Of a stretch of DNA of 64,000 nucleotides, positions 29,386 through 41,469 are shown piece after piece (the first letter of the stretch is position 1; every line of letters starts with the position of its first letter). Source of the DNA: Hyphomicrobiales bacterium (GTDB taxonomy: Bacteria > Pseudomonadota > Alphaproteobacteria > Rhizobiales > Aestuariivirgaceae); contig JANMMJ010000216.1 in NCBI GenBank assembly GCA_031373255.1, positions 183-64,182 of the forward strand. The letters run 5' to 3'. A program made the translations under genes and the position numbers. Below the pieces are notes generated by a model, which was given only the letters and a program-made list of their open reading frames with translations, searched no databases and was not told the DNA's origin.

Positions 29386-29388
29386 TCG

Positions 29389-30327
29389 ATGAACTTGAGC
29401 GTTGCAGTGCAGATGGATCCGATCGAACGGATCACGATCCAGGGTGACTCGAGCTTTGCCCTGATGCTGGAGGCGCAGCGGCGCGGCCATGGCCTGTTCT
29501 ACTACCAGACCAATACGCTGGCGCTACACGACAGCAAACTCTACGCCACCGGTCACGATGTCACGGTGCAGGACGTGAAAGGCGAACATTTCTCGCTGGG
29601 GGAAAAGCGGCGCGCCGAGCTTGGTCATTTCGATGTGGTGCTGATGCGCCAGGACCCGCCTTTCGACATGAACTACATCACGGCAACGCACCTGCTCGAG
29701 CATGTCCATCCCAGGACGCTGGTGGTCAACGATCCCGCCGAAGTGCGCAACGCGCCTGAAAAGATCTTTCTCACGCGCTATCCGCAGCTCATGCCACCGA
29801 CGCTGATCTCGCGCGATCTTGCCGAGATTGCCGAGTTCCGCGATGCGCATGGCGATATCATCCTGAAGCCGCTCTATGGCAATGGCGGGGCTGGCGTGTT
29901 CCGCCTTGCCGAGGGTGACCAGAATTTTTCTTCGCTGCTTGAACTCTTCACGCAAGCCTTCCGCGAACCGTTCATCGCGCAGAAATATCTGCCCGCAGTG
30001 CGCCAGGGCGACAAGCGCATCATCCTCGTCGACGGCAAGCCTGCCGGCGCCATCAACCGGGTTCCCGCGGCACATGAAAGCCGCTCCAACATGCATGTGG
30101 GCGGCAGGCCGGAACATGCGACACTCACCAGGCGCGAGGAAGAAATCTGCGAAGCCATCGGCCCCGATCTCAAGGCGCGCGGGCTGATCTTCGTCGGCAT
30201 CGATGTCATCGGCGACTATCTCACCGAGATCAACGTCACCTCGCCCACCGGCATTCGCGAAGTGAAGCGTTTCGGCGGTGCCGATATCGCGGCACTCATC
30301 TGGGATGCCATCGAACGCAAGCGATGA
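29389..30327 (+). CDS. gshB: glutathione synthetase
   Basis: 312 aa with an ATP-grasp fold and conservation with the GshB family ([15 protein letters not shown]). Confidence 0.9.
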   Translation: MNLSVAVQMDPIERITIQGDSSFALMLEAQRRGHGLFYYQTNTLALHDSKLYATGHDVTVQDVKGEHFSLGEKRRAELGHFDVVLMRQDPPFDMNYITATHLLEHVHPRTLVVNDPAEVRNAPEKIFLTRYPQLMPPTLISRDLAEIAEFRDAHGDIILKPLYGNGGAGVFRLAEGDQNFSSLLELFTQAFREPFIAQKYLPAVRQGDKRIILVDGKPAGAINRVPAAHESRSNMHVGGRPEHATLTRREEEICEAIGPDLKARGLIFVGIDVIGDYLTEINVTSPTGIREVKRFGGADIAALIWDAIERKR

Positions 30328-31082
30328 CAGGCCCCGGCCTCAAGCAGCGCCTGCGCAATGGTGAGGTAACCGCCGGTTACATGTGCCTCATTCCGTCCGC
30401 GGTATCGGCTCAGGCGATTGCAGCGGCGGGGGCGGACTGGATCATCATTGACCTTGAGCATGGCCCCATCGGCCCGGAAGCGATGCATGCAATGATTTCG
30501 GCCACGGCCGGAACGCCCTGCGCGCCTCTGGTGCGAGTGCCCAAATCCGATGAAGTGTGGGTCAAACGGGCGCTGGATGCCGGAGCCGAAGGCATCTGTT
30601 TTCCACTGATCAACACCGCCGCCGATGCCGCGCAAAGCGTTTCGCTGATGCGCTATCCGCCTGAAGGCCAACGTGGCTGGGGGCCTTTCGTGGCGCATGC
30701 CCGCTGGGGTGTGGGGCTGTTTGACTATCTGCCAAAGCGCGGCAAGGCCGGTGTCACGATGATCACCATCGAGATAGCAGAAGCCGTGGCCAACATCGAG
30801 GATATCTGCAAGGTCGAAGGGATCGATTGCGTGGTGGTCGGATCGTTCGATCTTTCGACCGATCTCGGCATTTCGGGTCAATTTGATTCACCCGCATTCA
30901 AGGATGCGATCGCCAGAATCGAAGCCGCTGTCTTCGCTGCGGGCCTGCCACTTGGTGGCGCGGCGCTCAACCCAGACCAGACCAAGGCCCTGCTCGCACG
31001 CGGCTACCGCATCGTGCTGCACGGCTTCGACGTGCTGATGCTGGGCGGCCTGGTGCGGCAGGCTGCTGCGTGGCGTACTTAG
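30324..31082 (+). CDS. HpcH/HpaI aldolase / citrate lyase beta-like family protein
   Basis: 252 aa with a TIM-barrel aldolase pattern (IIDLEHGP...VRVP). ATGA overlap with the gshB stop. Confidence 0.7.
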   Translation: MTGPGLKQRLRNGEVTAGYMCLIPSAVSAQAIAAAGADWIIIDLEHGPIGPEAMHAMISATAGTPCAPLVRVPKSDEVWVKRALDAGAEGICFPLINTAADAAQSVSLMRYPPEGQRGWGPFVAHARWGVGLFDYLPKRGKAGVTMITIEIAEAVANIEDICKVEGIDCVVVGSFDLSTDLGISGQFDSPAFKDAIARIEAAVFAAGLPLGGAALNPDQTKALLARGYRIVLHGFDVLMLGGLVRQAAAWRT

Positions 31083-31111
31083 CCACTTTATGCGTTAGCA
31101 ATTCGGTTCGG

Positions 31112-32944
31112 CTATTGTTGCGTCGCGCCTTGGCCCTTCGAGTTTCCAAAAGCATTCCCCAGAATTGCCGCGGCACCTTCGAGGCCTGAACCGTTGACAA
31201 CGGTGGAGGGCACCAGCTTGCCGACCAGGGCGACAAGTTGCGGTTCGCGCTCCAGCGAGGCCAGAACCTTCTCCAGGCCCTGCAGAATGGCCACCCGGTC
31301 CTGCCCCAGCACGAGGGCCTGGGCGCTCTGTCCCTTGGCAATCTCCTCGAGATACTGGCGCTCGGCCCGCCCCAGCGCCGCACGCTCGGCTTCGCGCTGG
31401 TTGGCGACCTGCACGGCGATTTGCGATTGCACGAGGCGGGGCTGCTCATCGGCCGTGGCGCGGGCCTGTTCGGTCTCGATCCGCTGCTTCTGCGCCTCGG
31501 TTTCGCGCTTGTAGGCTTCGCCAAGCTGGTCCGCCAATTGCTGGCGGATGCGGGCAACCAGGATTTCGGGGGGAATCGCCGGTTCGCCCAGGCGGATTTC
31601 CTTGATCTCAACGCCAGCCTTGCGCGATTCGGCCTTGATCTGATCCTCGATCGTATCCTCGATGGCTTCGCGGTTCTCGATGAAATCCAGGACCTTGGTC
31701 GAACGGACATCGTAGCCGACGATCTTGTCGCCTTCCTTCCGTGGAATGCGTATCGACGAGCCGGCCACGTTGCGCACGATTGACCTGATCAGCGGGGTCA
31801 GAATGCGGTGCTCGATATCCTGCATGCCACCCACGGAACCCGCCACGATCGGTGCGTTCTCCGGCGATATCTGCGCCACGACACGAAGTTCCTGGGGAAT
31901 GTCCCAGCCCTCGACCTTGACCGAAACGGCACGGTCGACTGCCGTGTCCGGAATGGCGATCTCGACGGTGCTCTCCACCTGCTTGAGATTGCCCTGCTGG
32001 TCGATCGACAGGTCGATGCTGCGGCGGCGGTATCCGCCGCGGTATTCCCAGGTCTGCACCCTCGTATCGACCAGGGTCACGTCATAGGCATGGCGGTTGA
32101 GATAATAGGCGCCGGGCAGCAAGGGCTCCTTCCAGAGCCCGATGCAGCCTTTCGGCACAAGCGGGACCGACAGGGCATCGGCATCATGCTGGGCCTGGCT
32201 CACCCGGACCATTTCCTCCTTGCAGTTGATGCCGGGCTGCTGGACATTGGACTTGACCACGCCGACCTGGCCGGTCGGAATGATGGTCGCGGCGGTTTCG
32301 TCATCAATCCGTACACTGAAGAGATAGCGGTTGAGGCGGTAGACGCCCGGCTTGAGCACAGTTTCCTGGGGACCGCGATAACCGCCATTCTCGATGAAGG
32401 TCCTGGCGTCCAGCATGCTGGCCAGCCTGTCGTCGGGAATGACCGGGGCAATGAACATGCCTTCCGGCATGGGCGCACCATCGTTGGCTGTGAGCTGGCC
32501 GTAGAAACCCTCCGGAACCGATACGACATCGTGCTGCTCGATATCGCTCAAGACATTGAGCAGCGGCCGGAAATGAAATCCGGGGCCGAGCAGTTCGGCC
32601 TGCGGACCTTTCTGGCCTTCGACCGCAATGATGCGGCCCGGCGGAAGATCGTCTGCCATGTAAATCCGCTTGATATGGCCAACCTTGTCGGCGCCAATCA
32701 GGGCAAACGATGTGGAAGAGAGAAAACCCAATCCGCCGAGAATCAGCAAGGCGCCTGAAACCGGGCCGGTGAGCAGGGTGGACATCGCCCCCGAAAGGCC
32801 GCGGCCGGGTGGTGCTGCAGCCACGTTGCTGCGCAGGAAAGCGTTGATACCCAGGACGATCAACACGAGGCCAAAGACGACGCTCAACATCATGCGTTCC
32901 TTTCCAACGATTATTTTCCTAACACAAGACCGGCTAAATGTCAA
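31112..32944 (-). CDS. flotillin-like SPFH/band-7 family membrane protein (YqiK-like)
   Basis: 610 aa with N-terminal TM helices, an SPFH-like core, and a long C-terminal EA-rich coiled coil (ETEAQKQRIETEQARA). Confidence 0.6.
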   Translation of the reverse strand: MTFSRSCVRKIIVGKERMMLSVVFGLVLIVLGINAFLRSNVAAAPPGRGLSGAMSTLLTGPVSGALLILGGLGFLSSTSFALIGADKVGHIKRIYMADDLPPGRIIAVEGQKGPQAELLGPGFHFRPLLNVLSDIEQHDVVSVPEGFYGQLTANDGAPMPEGMFIAPVIPDDRLASMLDARTFIENGGYRGPQETVLKPGVYRLNRYLFSVRIDDETAATIIPTGQVGVVKSNVQQPGINCKEEMVRVSQAQHDADALSVPLVPKGCIGLWKEPLLPGAYYLNRHAYDVTLVDTRVQTWEYRGGYRRRSIDLSIDQQGNLKQVESTVEIAIPDTAVDRAVSVKVEGWDIPQELRVVAQISPENAPIVAGSVGGMQDIEHRILTPLIRSIVRNVAGSSIRIPRKEGDKIVGYDVRSTKVLDFIENREAIEDTIEDQIKAESRKAGVEIKEIRLGEPAIPPEILVARIRQQLADQLGEAYKRETEAQKQRIETEQARATADEQPRLVQSQIAVQVANQREAERAALGRAERQYLEEIAKGQSAQALVLGQDRVAILQGLEKVLASLEREPQLVALVGKLVPSTVVNGSGLEGAAAILGNAFGNSKGQGATQQ

Positions 32945-33055
32945 TGATCAATTGAACGTGCGTAAAACCCTGATCGCGCTTGCAAATGACGGGAAGTTAG
33001 CGTCATCATGGACCAAGGCTTGATCAGCCGGTCAAAAAATCCAGGGAGCGTTCAG

Positions 33056-34054
33056 ATGATCAAGAAACTACTCGCCGCAGCCGCGGTCACCGCCATGATG
33101 GCCGTTTCGGCCTTCGCCGCAGATGACAAGCCGGCCATCGTGTTCGATATCGGCGGCAAGTTCGACAAGTCGTTCAACGAAAGCATGTTCAACGGTTCGG
33201 AGAAATTCAAGGCCGAGAGCGGCATCCAGTACGGCGAGTTCGAAATCGCCAACGAGGCGCAGCGCGAACAGGCCATCCGCAATTTCGCCGACCAGGGCTA
33301 TAGCCCGATCATCGCCGCCGGTTTCGCCCAGGCAGCGGCCGTCGAGAAGGTCGCCAAGGAATATCCGGACCTCAAGTTTGCCATCGTCGACATGGTTGTC
33401 GATCTCCCCAACGTGCAATCGATCGTGTTCAATGAACATGAAGGATCCTATCTCGTCGGCGTGCTTGCCGGCATGGCCACCAAGTCCGGAAAGGTCGGAT
33501 TTGTCGGCGGCATGGATATTCCGCTGATCCGCAAGTTTGCCTGCGGCTACGTCCAGGGCGTAAAGGCGGCCAAGGCCGATGCTCAGGTGTTCCAGAACAT
33601 GACCGGCGACACGGGCGCTGCCTGGAACGATCCGGTCAAGGGCGGCGAAATCACCAAGGGGCAGATGGCCCAGGGTGCCGACGTTGTCTATGCGGCAGCC
33701 GGCGCCACGGGCCTCGGCGTATTGCAGGCCGCAGCTGACGGCGGCGCGCTATCGATCGGCGTCGATGCCAACCAGAACCACCTGCATCCCGGCAAGGTCC
33801 TGACCTCGATGCTGAAACGCGTCGATGTCGCCGTCTACAACGTCATGAAGTCGGGCAAGGACGGCACCTTCAAGCCGGGAATCCAGGCGCTCGGCCTCAA
33901 GGAAGACGGCGTGGGCTATGCCATGGACGACAACAACAAGCCGCTGGTCACAGCCGAAATGCAGGCGGCTGCCGAAAAGGCCAAGGCGGACATCATCTCG
34001 GGTGCCGTCAAGGTGCACGACTACACCTCGGACAACGCCTGTCCGGTGCAGTAA
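33056..34054 (+). CDS. BMP-family ABC transporter substrate-binding lipoprotein (nucleoside-binding)
   Basis: Signal peptide MIKKLLAAAAVTAMMAVSAFA, the BMP/PnrA-like fold, and its position ahead of the ABC ATPase, permeases and cdd/deo genes. RBS GGGAG at 33043. Confidence 0.85.
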   Translation: MIKKLLAAAAVTAMMAVSAFAADDKPAIVFDIGGKFDKSFNESMFNGSEKFKAESGIQYGEFEIANEAQREQAIRNFADQGYSPIIAAGFAQAAAVEKVAKEYPDLKFAIVDMVVDLPNVQSIVFNEHEGSYLVGVLAGMATKSGKVGFVGGMDIPLIRKFACGYVQGVKAAKADAQVFQNMTGDTGAAWNDPVKGGEITKGQMAQGADVVYAAAGATGLGVLQAAADGGALSIGVDANQNHLHPGKVLTSMLKRVDVAVYNVMKSGKDGTFKPGIQALGLKEDGVGYAMDDNNKPLVTAEMQAAAEKAKADIISGAVKVHDYTSDNACPVQ

Positions 34055-34067
34055 ACGATAAAACGCT

Positions 34068-34090
34068 CTTCCCCGGCATCGCCGGGGAAG
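34068..34090 (+). terminator. perfect 10-bp stem / 3-nt loop hairpin CTTCCCCGGC-ATC-GCCGGGGAAG right after the binding-protein gene (candidate partial terminator/attenuator)
   Basis: Inverted repeat read directly from the sequence. There is no clear U-run, so intrinsic-terminator strength is uncertain. Confidence 0.4.
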
Positions 34091-34203
34091 TGGCCCAAAG
34101 GGCCGAAGAGGTGTTGCCGACCAAAGAGAAGAGACAGATTTTGTCGAAACACCCCCTCCCGCCTTCGGCATCCTCCCCCCAGCGCGTTGCGGGAGGGGAA
34201 ATC

Positions 34204-35721
<1,518 letters not shown>

Positions 35722-35746
35722 TGCGCCTCTCTGGGCGTGATCGGCC

Positions 35747-36841
35747 ATGAGCAGCAAGGGCGAGCTTCCGGCCTGGGTCGACGTCGGCGTCGTTCCGCTG
35801 CTCAATCTTCTGGTGGCGCTGGTGGTTTCCGGCCTCGTGGTCATCATCATCGGCGAGAACCCTTTCGAGGCCATGTGGATCATGCTCAAGGGCGCGGTCG
35901 GCTCGATCAAGGGCTGGGGGTATCTCCTCTACTACGCCACCAACTTCGTGTTCACCGGCCTTGCGGTGGCCATTGCCTTCCACGCCGGCCTGTTCAACAT
36001 CGGTGGCGAAGGCCAGGCCTATATGGCAGGTGCAGGTGCCGCAGCCGTGGGTCTCGGGCTTGAGTTCCTGCCCTGGCCCATCGTCATTCCGCTGGCGATC
36101 CTCGCCGCCATGGCGGTTGGCGCTTTCTGGGCCTGGGTGCCGGGCGTGCTGCAAGTGAAACGCGGCAGCCACATCGTCATCACCACCATCATGTTCAACT
36201 ACATCGCCTTGAGCCTGATGGGCTATCTGATCAACTACGGGTTCCGTCCGGTCGGCAAGATGGCGGTCGAGAGCCGGGAGATCACCGGTGCCTACATCAT
36301 GAGCTTCCGCGAAGTGGCGCGGGCGTTCTTCGATGTGCGCCTTGCCTCGACGCCGCTCAATTTCACGGTGTTCCTGGCAATAGTGGCGGCCGTGGTCATC
36401 TGGTACCTTTTATGGCGTACCAAGCTTGGCTATGAAATCCGAGCGGTGGGCGCCAACACCGATGCGGCGATCTATGCCGGCATCAAGCCTGACCGCATCA
36501 TCGTCATCACCATGGCGATCTCGGGCGCTCTGGCGGGCCTGATGGCCGTCAACGAAATCCTTGGCGCGCAGCACCGGCTGGTGCTCGGCTTCGTCCAGGG
36601 TTCAGGCTTCGTCGGCATCGCGGTTGCCCTGATGGGCCGCTCGCATCCGCTCGGCATCGTGCTCTCGGCCATGCTGTTCGGCCTGCTCTACCAGGGCGGC
36701 ACGGAACTTTCCTTCGCCAAGCCCGAGATTAACCGCGACATGATCGTGGTCATCCAGGGGCTTGTCATCCTGTTCATGGGCGCCCTTGAATATGCCTTCC
36801 GCCCGTGGCTCGCCGCGCTGTTCATCAAGGCCGAGGACTGA
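35747..36841 (+). CDS. ABC transporter permease (nucleoside/BMP-type)
   Basis: 364-aa polytopic membrane protein in the BMP transporter operon. Confidence 0.85.
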   Translation: MSSKGELPAWVDVGVVPLLNLLVALVVSGLVVIIIGENPFEAMWIMLKGAVGSIKGWGYLLYYATNFVFTGLAVAIAFHAGLFNIGGEGQAYMAGAGAAAVGLGLEFLPWPIVIPLAILAAMAVGAFWAWVPGVLQVKRGSHIVITTIMFNYIALSLMGYLINYGFRPVGKMAVESREITGAYIMSFREVARAFFDVRLASTPLNFTVFLAIVAAVVIWYLLWRTKLGYEIRAVGANTDAAIYAGIKPDRIIVITMAISGALAGLMAVNEILGAQHRLVLGFVQGSGFVGIAVALMGRSHPLGIVLSAMLFGLLYQGGTELSFAKPEINRDMIVVIQGLVILFMGALEYAFRPWLAALFIKAED

Positions 36842-36845
36842 GACG

Positions 36846-37802
36846 ATGGATCTCTATGTCGAAATCCTTGCCTCGACCATCCGCTACACGGTGCCGCTGA
36901 TTCTTGCCTGCCTCGCAGGGCTATGGTCGGAGCGGTCCGGCATCGTGGATATCGGGCTTGAGGGCAAAATGCTGATTGCGGCGTTCGTCGCTGCGTCAGC
37001 CTCGGCGGTATTCGGATCGGCATGGATCGGGCTGTGCCTCGCCATCCTCACTTCGGTCGGCTTTGCACTGGTGCATGGCTATGCTTCGATCAACCAGCGC
37101 GGCAACCAGGTGGTATCCGGTGTTGCCATCAACATGCTCGCCGCCGGTCTTGCCATCGTGCTTGGCAATGAGTGGTTCAAGGAAGGCGGGCGCACTCCGG
37201 CGCTTCCTCCCGAGGGCCGCTTCCTGCCGGTGCAGATTCCGGGGCTCAGCGCTTTTGCCGATGTGCCCCTTCTAGGCGCCATCTTCAAAGTGTTCTTCGC
37301 CCATTCGATCCTCACCTATGTCGCCTTCATCATGGTACCGGTCACGGCCTGGGCGCTGTCGCGCACCCGCTTCGGCCTCAGGCTCAGGGCGGTTGGCGAA
37401 AATCCACACGCAGTGGATACTGCAGGCATCTCGGTGGCGCGGCTGCGCTACATGGCGGTAACCATCACTGGTGTTTTATGCGGCATCGCGGGGACGTTCA
37501 TTTCCACGTCGCTCTCGTCAAGCTTTGTGAGGGACATCACGGCCGGAATGGGCTTCATGGCGCTAGCCGCATTGATTTTCGCCAACTGGCACGCATGGCC
37601 GGCACTCGGGGCCTGCCTGCTTTTCGGATTCCTGCAGGCCAGCGGCACATTCCTGCAGGGCAAAAATCTGTTTGGCGTACAAATCCCGGTACAGTTCATC
37701 AACATGCTGCCCTATGTGTTGACCGTCGTCCTGCTGGCCGGCTTCATCGGCAAGTCCATTCCGCCGCGAGCCAGTGGCATTCCCTATACGAAGGACCGCT
37801 GA
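36846..37802 (+). CDS. ABC transporter permease (second subunit)
   Basis: Polytopic membrane protein. Start placed at MDLYVEIL; the track ORF is extended upstream. Confidence 0.85.
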   Translation: MDLYVEILASTIRYTVPLILACLAGLWSERSGIVDIGLEGKMLIAAFVAASASAVFGSAWIGLCLAILTSVGFALVHGYASINQRGNQVVSGVAINMLAAGLAIVLGNEWFKEGGRTPALPPEGRFLPVQIPGLSAFADVPLLGAIFKVFFAHSILTYVAFIMVPVTAWALSRTRFGLRLRAVGENPHAVDTAGISVARLRYMAVTITGVLCGIAGTFISTSLSSSFVRDITAGMGFMALAALIFANWHAWPALGACLLFGFLQASGTFLQGKNLFGVQIPVQFINMLPYVLTVVLLAGFIGKSIPPRASGIPYTKDR

Positions 37803-37804
37803 AC

Positions 37805-38200
37805 ATGAGCCGCGACCTGATCGAGGCTGCAAAGCATGCGCGCCTCAAGGCCCATGCGCCCTACTCCAAATTCCTGGTGGGGGCCGCAGTGCGCGACGAA
37901 CAAGGCCGCGTCTTCGCCGGTTGTAATGTCGAGAACGCGGCCTATCCGCAGGGCTGGTGCGCCGAGCCTTCGGCAATCTCCGCGCTCATCATGGGGGGCG
38001 GCAAACGCATTGCCGAAGTCGCGGTCATGGGCAACGGCGACGTACTGTGCACGCCGTGTGGCGGCTGCCGCCAGAAAATCCGCGAATTCGCCTCTGACGA
38101 TGTGAAAATCTATTGCTGCACGGAAAACGGTGAACTTCTCCGCACCTTCACACTGGGCGAGTTGCTCCCGTCTTCCTTTGGACCGGAACACCTCAAATGA
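37805..38200 (+). CDS. cdd: cytidine deaminase
   Basis: 131 aa with zinc ligands in the motifs CAEPSA and PCGGCRQ. The 342-aa track ORF is an upstream read-through artefact. Confidence 0.85.
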   Translation: MSRDLIEAAKHARLKAHAPYSKFLVGAAVRDEQGRVFAGCNVENAAYPQGWCAEPSAISALIMGGGKRIAEVAVMGNGDVLCTPCGGCRQKIREFASDDVKIYCCTENGELLRTFTLGELLPSSFGPEHLK

Positions 38201-38979
38201 ATGAACTTGCAAAGCGCCTTGACGGCCGCGCACCCAAGACTGCCATCATGCTCGGCTCCAGCCTCGGCGATGTGGCGGCGGCGGTCGAAGGTCCGTTGCG
38301 CATTCCCTATGGCGAGCTTCCCGGTTTTCCAGAGCCAAAGATCTCGGGCCATGCCGGACAGCTTATTGCCGGAAGGCTGGCCGGCAAGGATGTAGCGGTG
38401 CTGGCGGGCCGGGCACATCCTTATGAAAGCGGCAATGCCGCCGTCATGCGACCCGTCATCGAACAGCTGAAGGACGCCGGCGTCGAAACGCTGATCCTCA
38501 CCAATGCGGCCGGTTCGCTTGACCCCAGGATGCGGCCGGGTTCGATCATGATGATCACCGATCATATCAACTACGCCGGGATGAACCCATTGATCGGGCA
38601 GCATGGCGATGAAAACTTCGTGCCGATGACCAATGCCTACGATCCCGCGCTGCGGCAACGGCTGCTGGCAGCGGCAAAGGCCGAGGACGTGGCGCTCAAC
38701 CAGGGTGTCTATGTGTGGTATTCGGGGCCGAGCTTCGAGACGCCCGCGGAAATCCGCATGTTCCAGATCCTGGGTGGAACGGCGGTTGGCATGTCGACGG
38801 TGCCTGAGTGCATTCTGGCACGGCGCTTCGGCCTCAAGGTGGCAGGGCTTTCAGTGATCACCAATCTTGCGGCAGGCATCGAGGGCGCTTCCCCCAGTCA
38901 CGAAGAAACCAAACGCGAGGGCGCCAAGGCGGCACTCAACATGAAGCGGCTGCTGATCCGTTTCTTCCAGGATTCCTGA
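38197..38979 (+). CDS. punA: purine nucleoside phosphorylase (PunA/XapA type)
   Basis: 260 aa conserved with PNP-I family trimeric phosphorylases. ATGA overlap with cdd. Confidence 0.85.
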   Translation: MNELAKRLDGRAPKTAIMLGSSLGDVAAAVEGPLRIPYGELPGFPEPKISGHAGQLIAGRLAGKDVAVLAGRAHPYESGNAAVMRPVIEQLKDAGVETLILTNAAGSLDPRMRPGSIMMITDHINYAGMNPLIGQHGDENFVPMTNAYDPALRQRLLAAAKAEDVALNQGVYVWYSGPSFETPAEIRMFQILGGTAVGMSTVPECILARRFGLKVAGLSVITNLAAGIEGASPSHEETKREGAKAALNMKRLLIRFFQDS

Positions 38980-38980
38980 C

Positions 38981-40294
38981 ATGCTGCCGCAGGAAATCAT
39001 CCGGCGCAAACGCGACGGACTGCCACTTTCCCGCGAGGACGTGCGCGAGTTCATTGCCGGGCTCACAGCGGGCACGATTTCGGAAGGACAGGTTGCGGCC
39101 TTCGCCATGGCGGTGTTCTTCAAGGGCATGCGGGCAGAGGAAGCGGTGGGGCTGACGCTCGCCATGCGGGATTCAGGCTCGGTGCTAAGGTGGGATTTGC
39201 CGGGACCCGTTGTCGACAAACACTCGACCGGCGGCATTGGCGACAATGTTTCCCTCATGCTGGCGCCGATGCTGGCGGCCTGCGGCTGCTATGTGCCGAT
39301 GATTTCGGGACGCGGCCTTGGCCACACGGGCGGCACGCTCGACAAGCTCGATTCCATTCCCGGTTACGCCACCCAGCCTGATCTGGCACTGCTCCGCAAG
39401 GTGGTGAAAGGCACAGGTGCCGCCATCATCGGGCAAACCGCGGACTTGGCACCCGCCGACAAGCGGCTCTATGGCATCCGCGACGTGACGGCGACGGTTG
39501 AATCAGTGCCGCTCATCACTGCTTCCATCCTTTCCAAGAAACTTGCCGCCGGCCTCGAATATCTCGTGCTCGACGTCAAAACCGGATCCGGTGCCTTCAT
39601 GGCAAGCCGGAAGGATGCTGTGGTCCTTGCGAAAAGCCTGGTCAATGTTGCCAACGGCGCAGGGCTGAAGACGTCAGCACTCATCACCGACATGGACGAA
39701 CCGCTGGCATCCTGTGCCGGCAATGCGGTTGAAGTGCAGAATGCCGTCGACTATCTCACCGGAACACATCGCGACCCGCGCCTGCATGAGGTGACGCTGG
39801 CCCTTGGCGGGGAATTGCTGGTGCTGGCAAAGCGCGCGAAGAACACTGACGCCGCAAGGATCATGCTGGAGAAGAGCCTGGCGAAAGGCGAAGCGGCAGA
39901 GCGCTTCCAGCGCATGGTTGCGGCGTTGGGCGGACCTGCCAATTTCATGGAGAAAGCCTCCGCTTATTTGCCGCAAGCCCCCATCGTGCGGCCTATCCTT
40001 GCAAAGAAGGCCGGAAAGGTCGCGCGTATAGCCACGCGCAATCTTGGCCTTGCGGTGATCGAACTGGGCGGCGGGCGGCGGGTGGCGAGCGACAAGATCG
40101 ATCATGCCGTGGGCCTCACAGCCCTTGCCGGAAAGGGCCAGCAGCTTGCCAAGGGCGAAGCCATCGCCATGATCCATGCGCGCGATGAGGCATCGTTCGA
40201 CCGGGCAGCGGCGATCGTTGCCAAAGCCTATGAGTTTGGCGCCGCGCCTCGCCGCGGCCCAGCGGTGATCCAGCGGATAGGCCCTTCCGAATAA
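38981..40294 (+). CDS. deoA: thymidine phosphorylase
   Basis: 437 aa with the HSTGGIGD motif of pyrimidine-nucleoside phosphorylases. Confidence 0.9.
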   Translation: MLPQEIIRRKRDGLPLSREDVREFIAGLTAGTISEGQVAAFAMAVFFKGMRAEEAVGLTLAMRDSGSVLRWDLPGPVVDKHSTGGIGDNVSLMLAPMLAACGCYVPMISGRGLGHTGGTLDKLDSIPGYATQPDLALLRKVVKGTGAAIIGQTADLAPADKRLYGIRDVTATVESVPLITASILSKKLAAGLEYLVLDVKTGSGAFMASRKDAVVLAKSLVNVANGAGLKTSALITDMDEPLASCAGNAVEVQNAVDYLTGTHRDPRLHEVTLALGGELLVLAKRAKNTDAARIMLEKSLAKGEAAERFQRMVAALGGPANFMEKASAYLPQAPIVRPILAKKAGKVARIATRNLGLAVIELGGGRRVASDKIDHAVGLTALAGKGQQLAKGEAIAMIHARDEASFDRAAAIVAKAYEFGAAPRRGPAVIQRIGPSE

Positions 40295-41469
40295 TGAGCC
40301 GGGCGTTTGTTTTCATCCTCGATTCCTTCGGCATCGGTGGCGCAGCCGATGCGGATCAGTTCGGCGATGAGGGGGCAAACACGCTTGGCCATATCTGCGA
40401 TCACATGGCCCTCAATGTTCCACACATGGCATCGCTTGGTCTCGGACTGGCGGCAAAGGGTGCATCAGGGCGAAACCCCTTGCCTGAAACGGCAATCATC
40501 GGACGCCATGGCCATGCCTCGGAGGTTTCCCAGGGCAAGGACACGATTACCGGACATTGGGAGATCGCCGGAGCACCGCTCAAGTTCAACTGGGGGTATT
40601 TCCCACACACGATCCCTGCTTTCCCGCAGGATTTCATCGACAGCCTGATCGCGCAATGCCATTTGCCGGGATTGCTGGCGCTCCGCCATGCATCTGGAAT
40701 CGAAGTCATCGAAGACTACGGCGAAGAACACATCGCCACTAGCAAGCCCATCATTTATACCAGTGCGGACAGCGTCATCCAGATCGCGGCGCATGAGGAA
40801 CACTTCGGATTGCAGCGGCTCTATGACGTCTGCAAGGTGGCGCGCGAACTTTCCTTCCCGATGAATATCGGCCGGGTGATTGCCAGACCTTTTCTTGGCG
40901 CAACGCGAAAGGATTTCGCCCGCACCGGACACCGCAAGGATTACGCGGTGCTGCCGCCAACGCCGACGCTGCTCGATTGCCTGACGCTAGAGGGCCGCGA
41001 GATTTTCTCGATCGGCAAGATCGGCGATATCTTTGCGCATTCCGGCACCGGCAAGGAGATCAAGGCCTCGGGTCATCCCGCCCTCATGGCTGCATCGCTC
41101 AAGGCCATCGCCGCTGTTGCGGATGGTGGATTTGTGATGACCAATTTTGTCGACTTCGACACGAATTTCGGCCACCGGCGCGATCCGGTTGGCTATGGCA
41201 AGGCGCTGGAAGATTACGATGCCATGCTGCCACAGGTCTTTGGCACATTGAGGGATGGCGACCTGCTGGTGCTCACCGCCGATCACGGCAATGACCCCAC
41301 CTGGCGGGGCACCGATCACACCCGCGAGCAGATACCGATCCTGTGCTATCGTAGAGGCATCATTCCGGGGAGTGCCGGGCACAGGCGATGCTTCGCCGAT
41401 ATCGGCCAGACGATTGCGGCGCATCTTGGCATAGCGCCACTTGGCGTAGGCGAAGCCTTCTCAGTCTGA
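40294..41469 (+). CDS. deoB: phosphopentomutase
   Basis: 391 aa with N-terminal FVFILDSFGIGGA and the metal-dependent phosphopentomutase fold. Confidence 0.9.
   Translation: MSRAFVFILDSFGIGGAADADQFGDEGANTLGHICDHMALNVPHMASLGLGLAAKGASGRNPLPETAIIGRHGHASEVSQGKDTITGHWEIAGAPLKFNWGYFPHTIPAFPQDFIDSLIAQCHLPGLLALRHASGIEVIEDYGEEHIATSKPIIYTSADSVIQIAAHEEHFGLQRLYDVCKVARELSFPMNIGRVIARPFLGATRKDFARTGHRKDYAVLPPTPTLLDCLTLEGREIFSIGKIGDIFAHSGTGKEIKASGHPALMAASLKAIAAVADGGFVMTNFVDFDTNFGHRRDPVGYGKALEDYDAMLPQVFGTLRDGDLLVLTADHGNDPTWRGTDHTREQIPILCYRRGIIPGSAGHRRCFADIGQTIAAHLGIAPLGVGEAFSV

Noticed and set aside
37172-37804. 342-aa ORF-track version of the cdd gene
   Set aside because: The upstream 211 codons overlap the second permease gene in a different frame and translate to Arg/Pro-rich nonsense. 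Cytidine deaminase starts at ATG 37805 (MSRDLIEAAKHA).
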